DNA of 64,000 nucleotides, taken from the NCBI GenBank assembly GCA_035717985.1, contig DASTHW010000016.1, positions 65,859 through 129,858 of the forward strand, in the 5' to 3' direction. The notes under the pieces are model-generated. The model had not been told where the DNA came from. It searched no databases and was given only the letters and a program-made list of their open reading frames with translations. Origin of the DNA: Candidatus Saccharimonadales bacterium. GTDB taxonomy: Bacteria; Patescibacteriota; Saccharimonadia; Saccharimonadales; UBA10212. Positions 28,491 to 38,110 of this stretch are shown piece after piece. How positions within the stretch are numbered: position 1 is the stretch's first letter; the number at the start of each line of letters is the position of its first letter. A program made the translations under genes and the position numbers.

Positions 28491-29432
28491 TTAACGGTTT
28501 AGCCTAAGATACCGCCGTGTGGCTGTCAGTGAGGAAACGGCACCAATGAGTATACCAACCAGAATCTGTAAAATCAAAATTTCGGCTAGATGCGAATTAA
28601 AGAAACTATTGGAATAGCTGATATCAAGTAGGCCCAGGCTACTGGCCTGCAAGGTCGAGCTGGCTACTTTAAACAGGGCGCCGCAAATTATTAGCGACAC
28701 CGCCGCCGCGACTGCTCCGTAAAGCATAGTCTCGACCACAAACGGCCCCCTAATATAAGAGGTGCTAGCACCCAGCAGGCGCATAATTATCAGCTCGTCG
28801 CGGCGGTTGAAAATGGCCATACGGATAGTGTTTAGAATAATCAGCATTGAGATGATGATGAAAACAATAATGCCGACTATGCCGGCTTCCTGGAAAAAGT
28901 GAGTGGCGCTGGTGATGTTATCAATCGCTTTTTTACGGTCGCCACTATAGCTGGTGGGGTCAGACTGTAGAGATTGCACCTGCGGTTTATCTAAGAAAGT
29001 TTTGATCGACTGTAGGTTATTGGGATCTTTAGGCTTAATGGTCAGTGAGGCCGGCAGAGGGTTATCGGTTTCCGAAATAGCGGCCAGCAGGTCGGAGTTG
29101 CCGGCGTTTTGGGCCTCGTATTGCTTTAGGGCCTCCTCTTTACTTAGATAGGTCACCGACTGCACATTATCTAAATGCTTGATTTGGTTTTCTAGTTTGA
29201 CCCTCTGGGTAGTGGTAACAGAATCTTTTAAATAGACTGAGACGTCAATATGGCTGGTAATATCGGCTACTGTGTGATTAAAGGTAGCGTTTGCCACTAC
29301 GGCGAATAACAAAATGGTCAGCGTTATGGCCATCATGGCAATGGCGGCGATGGCCAGCCAGATATTACGGCCAAAACTGACAAAGCCGTTTTTTATAATC
29401 CGCTCAAAGGTTATAAACTTACGGCTTTTCAT
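28491..29432 (-). CDS. ftsX: Cell-division ABC transporter permease-like protein FtsX
   Basis: 4-TM FtsX architecture with a large extracytoplasmic loop. It overlaps ftsE by 4 nt. Confidence 0.9.
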   Translation of the reverse strand: MKSRKFITFERIIKNGFVSFGRNIWLAIAAIAMMAITLTILLFAVVANATFNHTVADITSHIDVSVYLKDSVTTTQRVKLENQIKHLDNVQSVTYLSKEEALKQYEAQNAGNSDLLAAISETDNPLPASLTIKPKDPNNLQSIKTFLDKPQVQSLQSDPTSYSGDRKKAIDNITSATHFFQEAGIVGIIVFIIISMLIILNTIRMAIFNRRDELIIMRLLGASTSYIRGPFVVETMLYGAVAAAVSLIICGALFKVASSTLQASSLGLLDISYSNSFFNSHLAEILILQILVGILIGAVSSLTATRRYLRLNR

Positions 29433-30112
29433 ACGGCTTTATATTTACCTTGAGCCTTGTCACTGACGATGTGGCCGGCGCTAATAGTCACTACCCGGCG
29501 CTTGAGGGTATTAACGATATCTTGGTTATGAGTGGTTAAAAGAACGGTGGTGCCGTATTTATTAATCTTTTCCAGAACTTTAATAACGTCCCAGGCGTGC
29601 TTGGGGTCTAGGTTGCCGGTGGGCTCATCGGCTATCAAGATTTTGGGCTGACGGACTACGGCCCGGGCAATAGCCACCCGCTGGCGCTCGCCGCCGGATA
29701 GCTCCATCGGGTAATTATCGGCTTTACCTTTAAGGCCGACCATATCCAACACTCGGGGTACGGTGTGCTTAATCTCGTTATTGGAGATGCCGGCAATCTC
29801 TAGAGCAAAAGCTACATTTTCATAAACCGTTTTGTTGTTTAATAGCTTAAAGTCCTGAAAGACCACGCCAATTTTACGCCTAAGGAGCGGTATGTCTTTG
29901 TCACGCAGGTGCTCATAGTCCATGCCGCCAACGATGATTTTGCCGCTGGTAGGCTTCTCTTCTCTGGTCAGTAGCTTAAAGATGGTAGTTTTGCCCGAGC
30001 CACTGGGGCCGACAATTATAACGAACTCTTTTGGCTCAACATGAAGGCTAATGCGCTCCAGCGCCGTACCGCGGCGGTTATAATTTTTGCTTACCCTGTC
30101 GAGCAAAATCAT
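29429..30112 (-). CDS. ftsE: Cell-division ATP-binding protein FtsE
   Basis: GPSGSGKTT Walker A, LSGGERQRVAIARA signature and ILIADEPTGNLD Walker B. Confidence 0.93.
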   Translation of the reverse strand: MILLDRVSKNYNRRGTALERISLHVEPKEFVIIVGPSGSGKTTIFKLLTREEKPTSGKIIVGGMDYEHLRDKDIPLLRRKIGVVFQDFKLLNNKTVYENVAFALEIAGISNNEIKHTVPRVLDMVGLKGKADNYPMELSGGERQRVAIARAVVRQPKILIADEPTGNLDPKHAWDVIKVLEKINKYGTTVLLTTHNQDIVNTLKRRVVTISAGHIVSDKAQGKYKAV

Positions 30113-30120
30113 CGGTTTTT

Positions 30121-30126
30121 AGTATA
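30121..30126 (-). promoter_or_regulatory. -10 box (TATACT) 8 nt upstream of the ftsE ATG; candidate leaderless promoter
   Basis: The minus strand reads gaTATACTaaaaaccgATG. There is no SD. Confidence 0.35.
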
Positions 30127-30167
30127 TCAGATAGCGTTTGCGCTTATATAAGATAAGCTGGCTAAGG

Positions 30168-31259
30168 CTATTTAACCGAGACTCCATGCTCCAGCCAGGC
30201 GTTGATTAGTGCGTCGAGCGCACCGTCTAAAACTTTTTCAACCTCGCTGGATTCATAACCAGAACGCAAATCTTTTACCTGCTTATAAGGATGTAGTACG
30301 TAGTTTCTAATCTGACTTCCCCACTCCGCCGATTGACTTGGTCCTTTTAGCTCGGCCAAGGTCTCGGCGTGTTGCTCTAGGGCCAGCGAGGCTAGCCGAC
30401 CACGCAAGATATTAAGCGCCGTTTCTTTATTTTGTAACTGTGACCGCTCATTTTGGATAGCCACGCTCAGACCGGTCGGCAAGTGCGTTACCCGCACAGC
30501 TGAGTCAGTGGTATTGACGGACTGGCCGCCGTGGCCGCCAGCCCGAAAAACATCAATTTTCAAATCTTTGTCGTCCAGTTGAACTTCACTAGGCTGGTCA
30601 ATCAGCGGTAAAACGTCAACTTTAGCAAAGCTGGTCTCGCGGCTAGCGGCCGAGTTAAACGGGCTAAGACGCACCAGCCGATGCACACCGTGCTCGCCGG
30701 CTAACTTACCAAATAAATAACTGCCGCCGGTAATCTCCAGCGTGGCACTTTTAATGCCGGCCTCCTCGCCAGCAGAGCGGTCTAGGACCTTGGTTTTTAA
30801 GCCTTGGCTTTCGGCCCAACGCAGGTACATGCGCTCTAGCATCTCGGCCCAATCTTGAGCGTCAGTACCGCCGGCGCCGGCATAGATAGATAGGATAACG
30901 TCGTGGTCGTCATAGGGCCCCTTAAAGCGGTTTAGTTTTTTAATGTCTTGATATTCTTTTTCCAGCTCGTCGAGTTTAGCTGATATTTCCCCACTTAAAG
31001 AACCATCGTTTAAATCAATCAGCTCTTGGAGTTCTTTGGCACTATCTAACAACTTTTTCCAGGGTTCAGTTTCTTTACCTAACTTATCTTCCTTTTTACT
31101 GAGTTCTTGGGCCCGGCCGGTATCTGACCAAAAATCCGGGCTTTTCATCTGCTCCCTTATTTGTTCGAGTTCAGCTAGCTTTTCACTAATCTTTAAGTTT
31201 TGGCTATCCCGATTAATATCAAGGCTGAGCTGACTTATTCTGGTTTTTAGCTGTTCCAT
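30168..31259 (-). CDS. prfB: Peptide chain release factor 2 (single uninterrupted frame)
   Basis: SPF tripeptide (RLSPFNSA) and GGQ ([17 protein letters not shown]). The N-terminus is intact in the same frame. Confidence 0.95.
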   Translation of the reverse strand: MEQLKTRISQLSLDINRDSQNLKISEKLAELEQIREQMKSPDFWSDTGRAQELSKKEDKLGKETEPWKKLLDSAKELQELIDLNDGSLSGEISAKLDELEKEYQDIKKLNRFKGPYDDHDVILSIYAGAGGTDAQDWAEMLERMYLRWAESQGLKTKVLDRSAGEEAGIKSATLEITGGSYLFGKLAGEHGVHRLVRLSPFNSAASRETSFAKVDVLPLIDQPSEVQLDDKDLKIDVFRAGGHGGQSVNTTDSAVRVTHLPTGLSVAIQNERSQLQNKETALNILRGRLASLALEQHAETLAELKGPSQSAEWGSQIRNYVLHPYKQVKDLRSGYESSEVEKVLDGALDALINAWLEHGVSVK

Positions 31260-32539
31260 AACGGTTGGACCTGGGCGTACAGCTGATCAGCCAGCTCGCG
31301 GCTTCGGCCGCCGCCGCCCAGGATTCCCAGGCCGCCGACCTTCTCGTCAAACATGGCTCGGGCGCTCTCTACTATCCTCTCCCTAGTGACGGCTTTAATG
31401 CGGGCCGGGATGGCGTCGTAGTCGTTAATCACTTCATCAAAATAATAGCGGCCGCTATAGCCGGCCATAGTGCCGCTGACGGTTTGAGCGCCCCGTTGGT
31501 GACGGCCTAGCCAATAAAGCTTAGCGGCTTCCAGGTCGTGGTCGGTGATGTCGCCGGCTTTAACTCTTGTTAGTTCGCGAACCATTATCTCAAACAGGGC
31601 CGGCGCGTTTTTGGCAATAACTTGGGCGCTAAACCACCAGCCGGTAGCATTTTTCATAATGTCTATACCCGAGCCCATGCTGTAAACCAGCCCGCGCTCG
31701 CGGGCTTCGCCCAAAATCCGCGAATAAAGTGTAGCCGTCAGCATGCTGTTAACTAGCTCCAGAGCGTCCATGTCAGCGTCATTAAACCGGCGGCGGGCAA
31801 AGGTTGCCATATCAAAGTAAACGTTTTTAACCGATGGGCGGGCCACGAAAACCGGAGCGTCCAAATTTTTAGGCTGTTCGTCCGGCAAGTCAAACAAACC
31901 CCTGCCCTTAGGCAGTTGGATGCTCTCAAGTAGTTCTTTGATTTTGGCACGCCGGCCGTTTAAGTTGCCAGCAATGACAAAGCGCATATTGCTGGTAGTG
32001 TGGGTGCGCTTATAATGCTCTTCAATGTTCTTTTTGGAGACGTTTTTCATCATCTTCAGGCGCTCGCGGTCGGTCATGCCCAGCAGGCCGTGAGCCTCGC
32101 GGGCGGTGATACTGAGCGTACGGAAGTGATTATTAGATCGAGCTACCAGCTCATCACGCACATTGCCAAACTCAGCTTTAAATTCGCCCGGCAAGAATAT
32201 TGGCATACTGATAGCTACCATCATTAGCTCGAGTATGCGCTTCCACTCAAAATCTGCAGCCTCGGCCTCATAAGTAATGTAATAAAGGCCGGTGCTGGCA
32301 TTATTGGCGGCGCCGTTTTTTTCAAACTCGGCCTGAAAAGCCCGGGCCTTAGGAATCATTTGGTTGGCACCCAGTACGACGTGCTCCATCAGGTGCGGCA
32401 CTTCCCATTTTTCACGAGGGACTAGGTACTCGCCGGCCCGAAAATTAAATTCAAAGTCCATAACCGTGGCGTCTGGTACATGTATTAACAGGCCTTTAGC
32501 GCCGTTTTTTAGAGTAATCTGACTGGTTTTATGAACCAT
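31247..32539 (-). CDS. M16 (pitrilysin/insulinase) family zinc peptidase
   Basis: Inverted zinc motif HLMEH (HxxEH), 430 aa, two-domain architecture. Confidence 0.85.
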   Translation of the reverse strand: MVHKTSQITLKNGAKGLLIHVPDATVMDFEFNFRAGEYLVPREKWEVPHLMEHVVLGANQMIPKARAFQAEFEKNGAANNASTGLYYITYEAEAADFEWKRILELMMVAISMPIFLPGEFKAEFGNVRDELVARSNNHFRTLSITAREAHGLLGMTDRERLKMMKNVSKKNIEEHYKRTHTTSNMRFVIAGNLNGRRAKIKELLESIQLPKGRGLFDLPDEQPKNLDAPVFVARPSVKNVYFDMATFARRRFNDADMDALELVNSMLTATLYSRILGEARERGLVYSMGSGIDIMKNATGWWFSAQVIAKNAPALFEIMVRELTRVKAGDITDHDLEAAKLYWLGRHQRGAQTVSGTMAGYSGRYYFDEVINDYDAIPARIKAVTRERIVESARAMFDEKVGGLGILGGGGRSRELADQLYAQVQPLWNS

Positions 32540-32542
32540 AAG

Positions 32543-35164
32543 CTACCTCTTCTTCCTTTTACCTCGAGCTGGTTTTTTCTTCCTTTGGCGCTCAGCCTTG
32601 CGGGCCTTTTTAGCCTTGGCGTGGGCCCTGGCGGTTTGAGCCTCTTCGATTTGTTTTGGCTTGAAGTCAGTCTCCTCATAATTCTCAGCGCTGGTAACTT
32701 GGCCGGCATTATCTACCGAAGCCCTAGCCGCCCGGGTTAACTCAGTCTCGACTACTTTATCAGTAACTACCGAGTCCAGTGGCTGGGCGTGGGTTAGTGT
32801 GCGCACAATCTCGTGCCGCAAAAGCTCCTGCATGTCATCAAACAGCCGCTGGCCTTGGCGGCGGTACTCCACCAGTGGGTCGCGCTGGCCGACGCTTATC
32901 CAGTGAATGCCTTCGCGCAGATGATCCATATTCTCTAGGTGCTCCATCCAAAGATTGTCCAGCACCTGCAGAAATACATCGCGCTCCACTTTACGCATAA
33001 TTTCAGCGCCAAATAATTTTTCCTGCGATTCATATAGGTTCGCCGCCGCAGTTTCTAGTTCGGTTTGGAATTTGTCGGCTGGGCTGTCGAATAATTTGTC
33101 CATGGTTTTATCGCTAAACGGAAAAATCTGGTTGATGATGGCCTCATAGCTTTCGCTCAGCGATTCAGGGTGGTTGGTCAGCCACTCTACTTCTTCAGCG
33201 ATTAATTTTTTAATGCGCGGGCTAATGTCTTCAGCGCGCAGGATTTCACTGCGCATAGCATAAATTGCCCGGCGATGGCGGTTCATCACATCGTCATACT
33301 GGACAACGTTTTTACGGGCATCAAAGTTAAAGCCCTCCACTTTTTTCTGGGCGCCTTCCAGACTCTTGCTAATCATGCGGCTTTCAATCGGCGTGTTTTC
33401 GTCTACTTTGAGCCTGTCCATCAAGCCGGCTATGCGCTCGCCGCCGTAAATCCGCATCAAATCATCCTCACAGGAAACATAAAACTGAGTCCGGCCAGGG
33501 TCGCCTTGGCGGCCGGAGCGGCCTCGAAGCTGGTTGTCAATCCGCCGCGACTCGTGCCGCTCACTGCCCAGCACAAACAGGCCGCCTAATTTAGCAATAC
33601 CGTCACCCAAAATGATATCGGTACCGCGGCCGGCGATGTTGGTAGCTAGGGTAACTGCGCCCTTTTGACCGGCCCGGGCGACGATAGCGGCCTCGCGTTC
33701 GTTGTTTTTAGCGTTAAGTACCTCGTGCGGAATTTTGGCCGCTTTTAAAAGCGAGCTTAGCCGCTCATTTTTCTCAATACTGGCCGTACCAAGTAAGACC
33801 GGCTGGCCGCTAGTGTGAAGTTCCTGAACCTGCCGGATGATAGCCCGGAATTTGCCGGTCTCGGTTTTATAGATTCGGTCCGGCTCGTCGACGCGGACCA
33901 TCGGCTTATTGGTTGGCACTTCAACGACATCCATTTTATAAACCTGATGAAATTCTTCGCTTTCAGTTAGGGCGGTGCCGGTCATACCGGCCAGCTTGTC
34001 ATATAGCCTAAAGTAATTTTGAAAAGAAATAGTAGCTAGCGTCATTGATTCTTCCTGAACCTCAACGCCCTCTTTGGCCTCGATAGCTTGGTGCAGGCCC
34101 TCGTTATAACGCCGGCCGGCCAGTAGGCGGCCGGTAAACTCATCGACTATCACAATCTCGCCGCCCTTAGTCACGACATAATCTTTGTCGCGCTTAAATA
34201 GTGTCTGGGCCCGCAGGGCTTGCTCTAGGTGGTAAATAGTCCGTAGATTATCAGTGGAATAAAGGTTTTTAATGCCTAGAATTTTCTCGACCAGCTCTAC
34301 GCCGGCGTCGGTTAATATAACACTCCGGCGCTTCTCGTCCTTTTCAAAATGCTCAGTCTCGCGCAAGGAGCGGACTACCTTAGCAAACTGCTGGTAGGCG
34401 GCGGCGCTGGCCGTAGCCGGCGCGCTAATAATCAGCGGCGTGCGGGCTTCGTCAATTAAGATGGAGTCTACTTCGTCAACGATGGCGTAATTTAAATCGC
34501 GCTGGCGCAGTTGGTCTACCTCGCGCACCATGTGGTCGCGTAGGTAGTCAAAGCCAAACTCGTTATTGGTTCCATAAGTAATGTCGGCCTGGTAGGCCTC
34601 CTGCCGGCTGGCTGGCCTTAGGTGATGTAAGCGTTCATCAAAGTGTTCTTTATTGGTGTAACTTGGGTCATATATAAAAGACTCATCCGGAATAACTACG
34701 CCCACAGATAAGCCCAAAAAATGATAAATTTGGCCCATCCAACCGGCATCGCGCTGGACTAGGTAGTCGTTTACTGTAACCAGGTGAGCGCCTTTACCAG
34801 CTAAGGCATTTAAATATAGCGGCAGAGTAGCCACCAGAGTTTTACCCTCACCGGTTTTCATCTCAGCCACCTTGCCCTCATGCAAAATCATGCCGCCGAT
34901 TAGCTGAACGTCATAATGCCGCTGGCCCAGCGTCCGGCTGGCCGCCTCGCGCACTACGGCGAAAGCCTGGGGCAAAAGCTGATCCAGCGTCTTACCGTCA
35001 GCTAACTGTTTTTTAAGTTCGCCTGTTTGAGCGGCCAGCTGTTTATCGGTCATTTTTTGATACTTTTCAGCTAGGGCATTTACCTCGCGGACACGCTTTT
35101 TTAGCCGCTTGATGGTAGCGGCCTGAGGATCGCCAAGAACTCTTTTAATAAATTTCGTATTCAC
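32543..35164 (-). CDS. secA: Preprotein translocase ATPase SecA
   Basis: MKTGEGKT Walker A and a DEVDSILIDEARTPLIIS DEAD-like motif, 873 aa, GTG start. The C-terminus is a poly-basic tail (KAKKARKAERQRKKKPARGKRKKR) with no Cys-rich zinc motif. Confidence 0.97.
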   Translation of the reverse strand: MNTKFIKRVLGDPQAATIKRLKKRVREVNALAEKYQKMTDKQLAAQTGELKKQLADGKTLDQLLPQAFAVVREAASRTLGQRHYDVQLIGGMILHEGKVAEMKTGEGKTLVATLPLYLNALAGKGAHLVTVNDYLVQRDAGWMGQIYHFLGLSVGVVIPDESFIYDPSYTNKEHFDERLHHLRPASRQEAYQADITYGTNNEFGFDYLRDHMVREVDQLRQRDLNYAIVDEVDSILIDEARTPLIISAPATASAAAYQQFAKVVRSLRETEHFEKDEKRRSVILTDAGVELVEKILGIKNLYSTDNLRTIYHLEQALRAQTLFKRDKDYVVTKGGEIVIVDEFTGRLLAGRRYNEGLHQAIEAKEGVEVQEESMTLATISFQNYFRLYDKLAGMTGTALTESEEFHQVYKMDVVEVPTNKPMVRVDEPDRIYKTETGKFRAIIRQVQELHTSGQPVLLGTASIEKNERLSSLLKAAKIPHEVLNAKNNEREAAIVARAGQKGAVTLATNIAGRGTDIILGDGIAKLGGLFVLGSERHESRRIDNQLRGRSGRQGDPGRTQFYVSCEDDLMRIYGGERIAGLMDRLKVDENTPIESRMISKSLEGAQKKVEGFNFDARKNVVQYDDVMNRHRRAIYAMRSEILRAEDISPRIKKLIAEEVEWLTNHPESLSESYEAIINQIFPFSDKTMDKLFDSPADKFQTELETAAANLYESQEKLFGAEIMRKVERDVFLQVLDNLWMEHLENMDHLREGIHWISVGQRDPLVEYRRQGQRLFDDMQELLRHEIVRTLTHAQPLDSVVTDKVVETELTRAARASVDNAGQVTSAENYEETDFKPKQIEEAQTARAHAKAKKARKAERQRKKKPARGKRKKR

Positions 35165-35242
35165 TACTAATAAATGCTTAGTTTTAAGCCCTCTTTTACC
35201 AATTAAAACGTTCCTATTATTTTAGCCTAAATCGAGCTGATT

Positions 35243-36574
35243 TTAAATTTGGGTTTGACCGGACATATACGGCTGAAGAACCTTGGGTATACCAACATGG
35301 CCGTCTTTGGTTTGGTAATTTTCAATTATAGTGGCCATAGTGCGCCCCATAGCCAGAGCCGTGGCGTCATTGGTGTGAATAAAAACTGTCGGTGGATTGC
35401 CGGCGGCTGATTCAGGGGCCGATGCCGAGTTAGTTTTTATTCCCAGCCGGCGGGCTTGATAATCGGTCATAAAATCAGCCGTGTGAGTCTCCATATATTT
35501 ACCGGCGCCGGGCAGACAAGCTTCCAGATCAATGCCGCGGGCGTTGGGCTTACCGATATCAGCTGTACACTTTTGCAAAACCCGATACGGAATCTTGATT
35601 TGCTGAAGCAAGTACTCTTGGACAGCAATCAAAAATAAATGTTCGCTCAAACCATTTTGAGGTGAGCTAAAGCTCTCCATTTCTAATTTGTCGAACTGAT
35701 GCATACGGATAATACCCTCGGTATCTTTACCGTAGGTGCCGGCCTCACGGCGAAAGCTGGTGGCATAGCCTAGATAGCGAATCGGCAGTTCAGCAAGCGG
35801 CAAGAGTTCGCCGGCGTGCATTGGCCCAAGCGTATGCTCGGCACTGCCCTCCAGCCATAGTTCGTCCTCATCGGCCCCCACTCTGTAGCGATCGTCGCGG
35901 GGCTCCAGCCGGTCCATGGCGTCAAATACCTCGGTCCGTATCATAAAGGGTGGCAAAACCGGGATAAATGGTTTAGCTGATACGTCCTTCAGCCCGCTAG
36001 CTTGAATAATTTTTTTGAGCGTTTCCTCACTGGTTAAGGTGTCGATTACAAAGTTAATTAAGGCAAACTGCAGACGCACCAAGTCGCCTTTTATGTAGGC
36101 AAAGCGGCTCCCCGCCACTTTAGCCGCCCGTTTTTTATCAATCAAATTCCGGCTTTCCGCGATTTCCCAGTGAGTTTTAGGCTCAAAATCAAACTTAGGT
36201 TTTTCGCCCCACTCTTTGACTGATTTATTTTCAGCCTCGCTGGCGCCAAGCGGCACATCTTCAGCCGGCATGTTGGGCACTGCCTTTAAAAGCTTTAGGT
36301 ATTCATCTTCAATCGGCTTTAGTTTAGCTTCTAATTCCGCCAGCTGGGCTTTAAGCTCTTTGCCCCGCTCTATCTGCTGGGCAGTAGGTTTAGCCGATTT
36401 TAAACTTTCAGACAGCTGATTACGCTGAGCCCGGATGATCTCGGCTTTTGTTAACAGGTTTTTACGCTCATCGTCTAGCTGTAATAATTTCTTAATATCA
36501 ACTTCATAACCTTTTTGTTTTGACTTTTCGGCTACCAACTCGGGGTTATCCCTAATAAAGCGAATATCTAGCAT
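35243..36574 (-). CDS. serS: Serine--tRNA ligase
   Basis: N-terminal coiled-coil arm (MLDIRFIRDNPE...) and class II motifs (FRREAG, GSAL-like). Confidence 0.95.
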   Translation of the reverse strand: MLDIRFIRDNPELVAEKSKQKGYEVDIKKLLQLDDERKNLLTKAEIIRAQRNQLSESLKSAKPTAQQIERGKELKAQLAELEAKLKPIEDEYLKLLKAVPNMPAEDVPLGASEAENKSVKEWGEKPKFDFEPKTHWEIAESRNLIDKKRAAKVAGSRFAYIKGDLVRLQFALINFVIDTLTSEETLKKIIQASGLKDVSAKPFIPVLPPFMIRTEVFDAMDRLEPRDDRYRVGADEDELWLEGSAEHTLGPMHAGELLPLAELPIRYLGYATSFRREAGTYGKDTEGIIRMHQFDKLEMESFSSPQNGLSEHLFLIAVQEYLLQQIKIPYRVLQKCTADIGKPNARGIDLEACLPGAGKYMETHTADFMTDYQARRLGIKTNSASAPESAAGNPPTVFIHTNDATALAMGRTMATIIENYQTKDGHVGIPKVLQPYMSGQTQI

Positions 36575-36582
36575 TTGCTTTG

Positions 36583-36588
36583 ATTATA
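36583..36588 (-). promoter_or_regulatory. -10 box (TATAAT) 8 nt upstream of the serS ATG; candidate leaderless promoter
   Basis: The minus strand reads cgTTATAATcaaagcaaATG. There is no SD. Confidence 0.45.
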
Positions 36589-36645
36589 ACGGCGAACTAG
36601 CAGTTTTGCATTCTAAAAAAGCTGTTTATAATCAGGCGAGTAACC

Positions 36646-37263
36646 ATGAAAATAAAAAACTTTAAAAGACACCCGTATAAGATTACTACCCTTCTGCTGG
36701 CAGTTCTGGTCCTGCTCCTTCTGATTGTACTTATTGGCTATGGCTATAAAATCCGCGATTTGGACAACGAGCTTAACGGCGTTGGCAGTGACACCCAAAA
36801 ACAAGAAAACGGATTGGCCATGTTTCCGCTTAAAGTCTACATTCAAAACGCCCTTAAGGGCTTTTATCACGAGGCCGGTGTGGCCTCGGCTACCGACAAC
36901 CGGGTTTATTTCCCCGAGATGAAATTTTATTTGCCGCTGAATGATCAGACTAGGTCTCTGCGCTATCTTTATACATCCGGCGATAAAACCGCTCACCTGC
37001 CGGCCCAGGCCCAGTTCACAACGGTATTTTTCTTAAACCGCCTGGTTGATTCTTTCAACGATGTGCCGTGTCAGCAAAGATTAACTGCTGTGGGAATTAA
37101 TAATAAGATCGGCACTGACCTAACAACGGCTGGCAGTCTAAAAATGAGCGACGGCCGGACCCTATATTTTTATAAAAATACCGAGCCGGCTTGCAGGCAA
37201 TTCTATCAAGTCAGCGTCCCCCAGCAGATCATTAATCTGCTTAAAGAGGCTAAGCCTTACTAG
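36646..37263 (+). CDS. Membrane-anchored hypothetical protein
   Basis: N-terminal TM (ITTLLLAVLVLLLLIVLIGYGY) followed by a soluble domain. Its 3' end overlaps the convergent nuclease gene by 14 nt. Confidence 0.55.
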   Translation: MKIKNFKRHPYKITTLLLAVLVLLLLIVLIGYGYKIRDLDNELNGVGSDTQKQENGLAMFPLKVYIQNALKGFYHEAGVASATDNRVYFPEMKFYLPLNDQTRSLRYLYTSGDKTAHLPAQAQFTTVFFLNRLVDSFNDVPCQQRLTAVGINNKIGTDLTTAGSLKMSDGRTLYFYKNTEPACRQFYQVSVPQQIINLLKEAKPY

Positions 37264-38068
37264 CTAGTTTCGCACTCTTTGATTTAGTAGTCTTGAGAGC
37301 GTCAATTGTTAACTGGGTGCGGGACCGAGCGTAATCGCAAAATTCACAGGGCCTAGCGGGATTCATGACGTTTTTGCCGACCGGCGGAATTTCATCACTA
37401 TCCAGGCAAGCCTTAATCTTTAAGATAGTTGGCTCTACCCAGCTGTCATCACCTTTATAAGGAATTATCTTGGTTTTAAATTCCAGCACATCAGCAAAAC
37501 TTTCGGCGTCTAGCCGGGCATTGGTGTAAACAAAATAGCCGGTACTGCTGACATCAAAGCCGTTTTGGCGTAGAAGCCATTGATAGACCTCGATCTGGCG
37601 TTTATAGCCAATTTGCCAGTCGGCATCAAGGCTGACTTCACCATTTTTAGCAGTGGCCTTATAGTCCACTACCGTAAGCTCATTCTTCTTTAAATCTACC
37701 CAAACGTCGTCAATACCGCCGCGGACCAGCAGATTAGTCGGTTCATGTAAAAACTGCACGCCGCGGCTTAGAGCGTCCCGCCACTCATCAATTCTTTCAT
37801 GTTTAAAGGGCACTAAATCAAGACCGAGGCTCACGCATAGCGGATGCGGCGTCTGAGCCGAGCGGTGGACATCGAACTCCTTTTTAAACAGCTCGTCGAT
37901 GGCGCTATTGATGCGAAACGGCGGGCTGGAGGGGCGGCCTATTTTAAAGCGGGCATCCAGCCAAAAACAACGGGCGCACTGCATAAATAAATCAATCTTA
38001 CTGCGGCTAATCTTATACGGCTCGGTTTGCCCGGGACTGTATGGCTTTGACCGATAACTACGCTCCAT
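37250..38068 (-). CDS. PD-(D/E)XK nuclease with Cas4/AddB-like Fe-S cysteines
   Basis: GGIDD...VVDYKAT (D...DxK) and QIEVYQWLL (QxxxY) motifs, with CARC near the N-terminus and C...CEFC near the C-terminus. Confidence 0.7.
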   Translation of the reverse strand: MERSYRSKPYSPGQTEPYKISRSKIDLFMQCARCFWLDARFKIGRPSSPPFRINSAIDELFKKEFDVHRSAQTPHPLCVSLGLDLVPFKHERIDEWRDALSRGVQFLHEPTNLLVRGGIDDVWVDLKKNELTVVDYKATAKNGEVSLDADWQIGYKRQIEVYQWLLRQNGFDVSSTGYFVYTNARLDAESFADVLEFKTKIIPYKGDDSWVEPTILKIKACLDSDEIPPVGKNVMNPARPCEFCDYARSRTQLTIDALKTTKSKSAKLASKA

Positions 38069-38110
38069 TACCCCTATTTTAGCAAGCTCCGAGCCGCTTA
38101 GCCTACTTTA

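Noticed and set aside
32509-32740. K/R-rich small ORFs (32509..32709 minus, 32531..32740 plus) at the secA 3' end / M16 5' end.
   Set aside because: These are alternative frames of the sequence encoding the poly-basic SecA tail, with no independent signals.
36613-36996. 127-aa minus-strand ORF opposite 36646..37263.
   Set aside because: It would overlap the serS promoter region and the plus-strand membrane-protein gene. Its composition is not protein-like and there is no SD.
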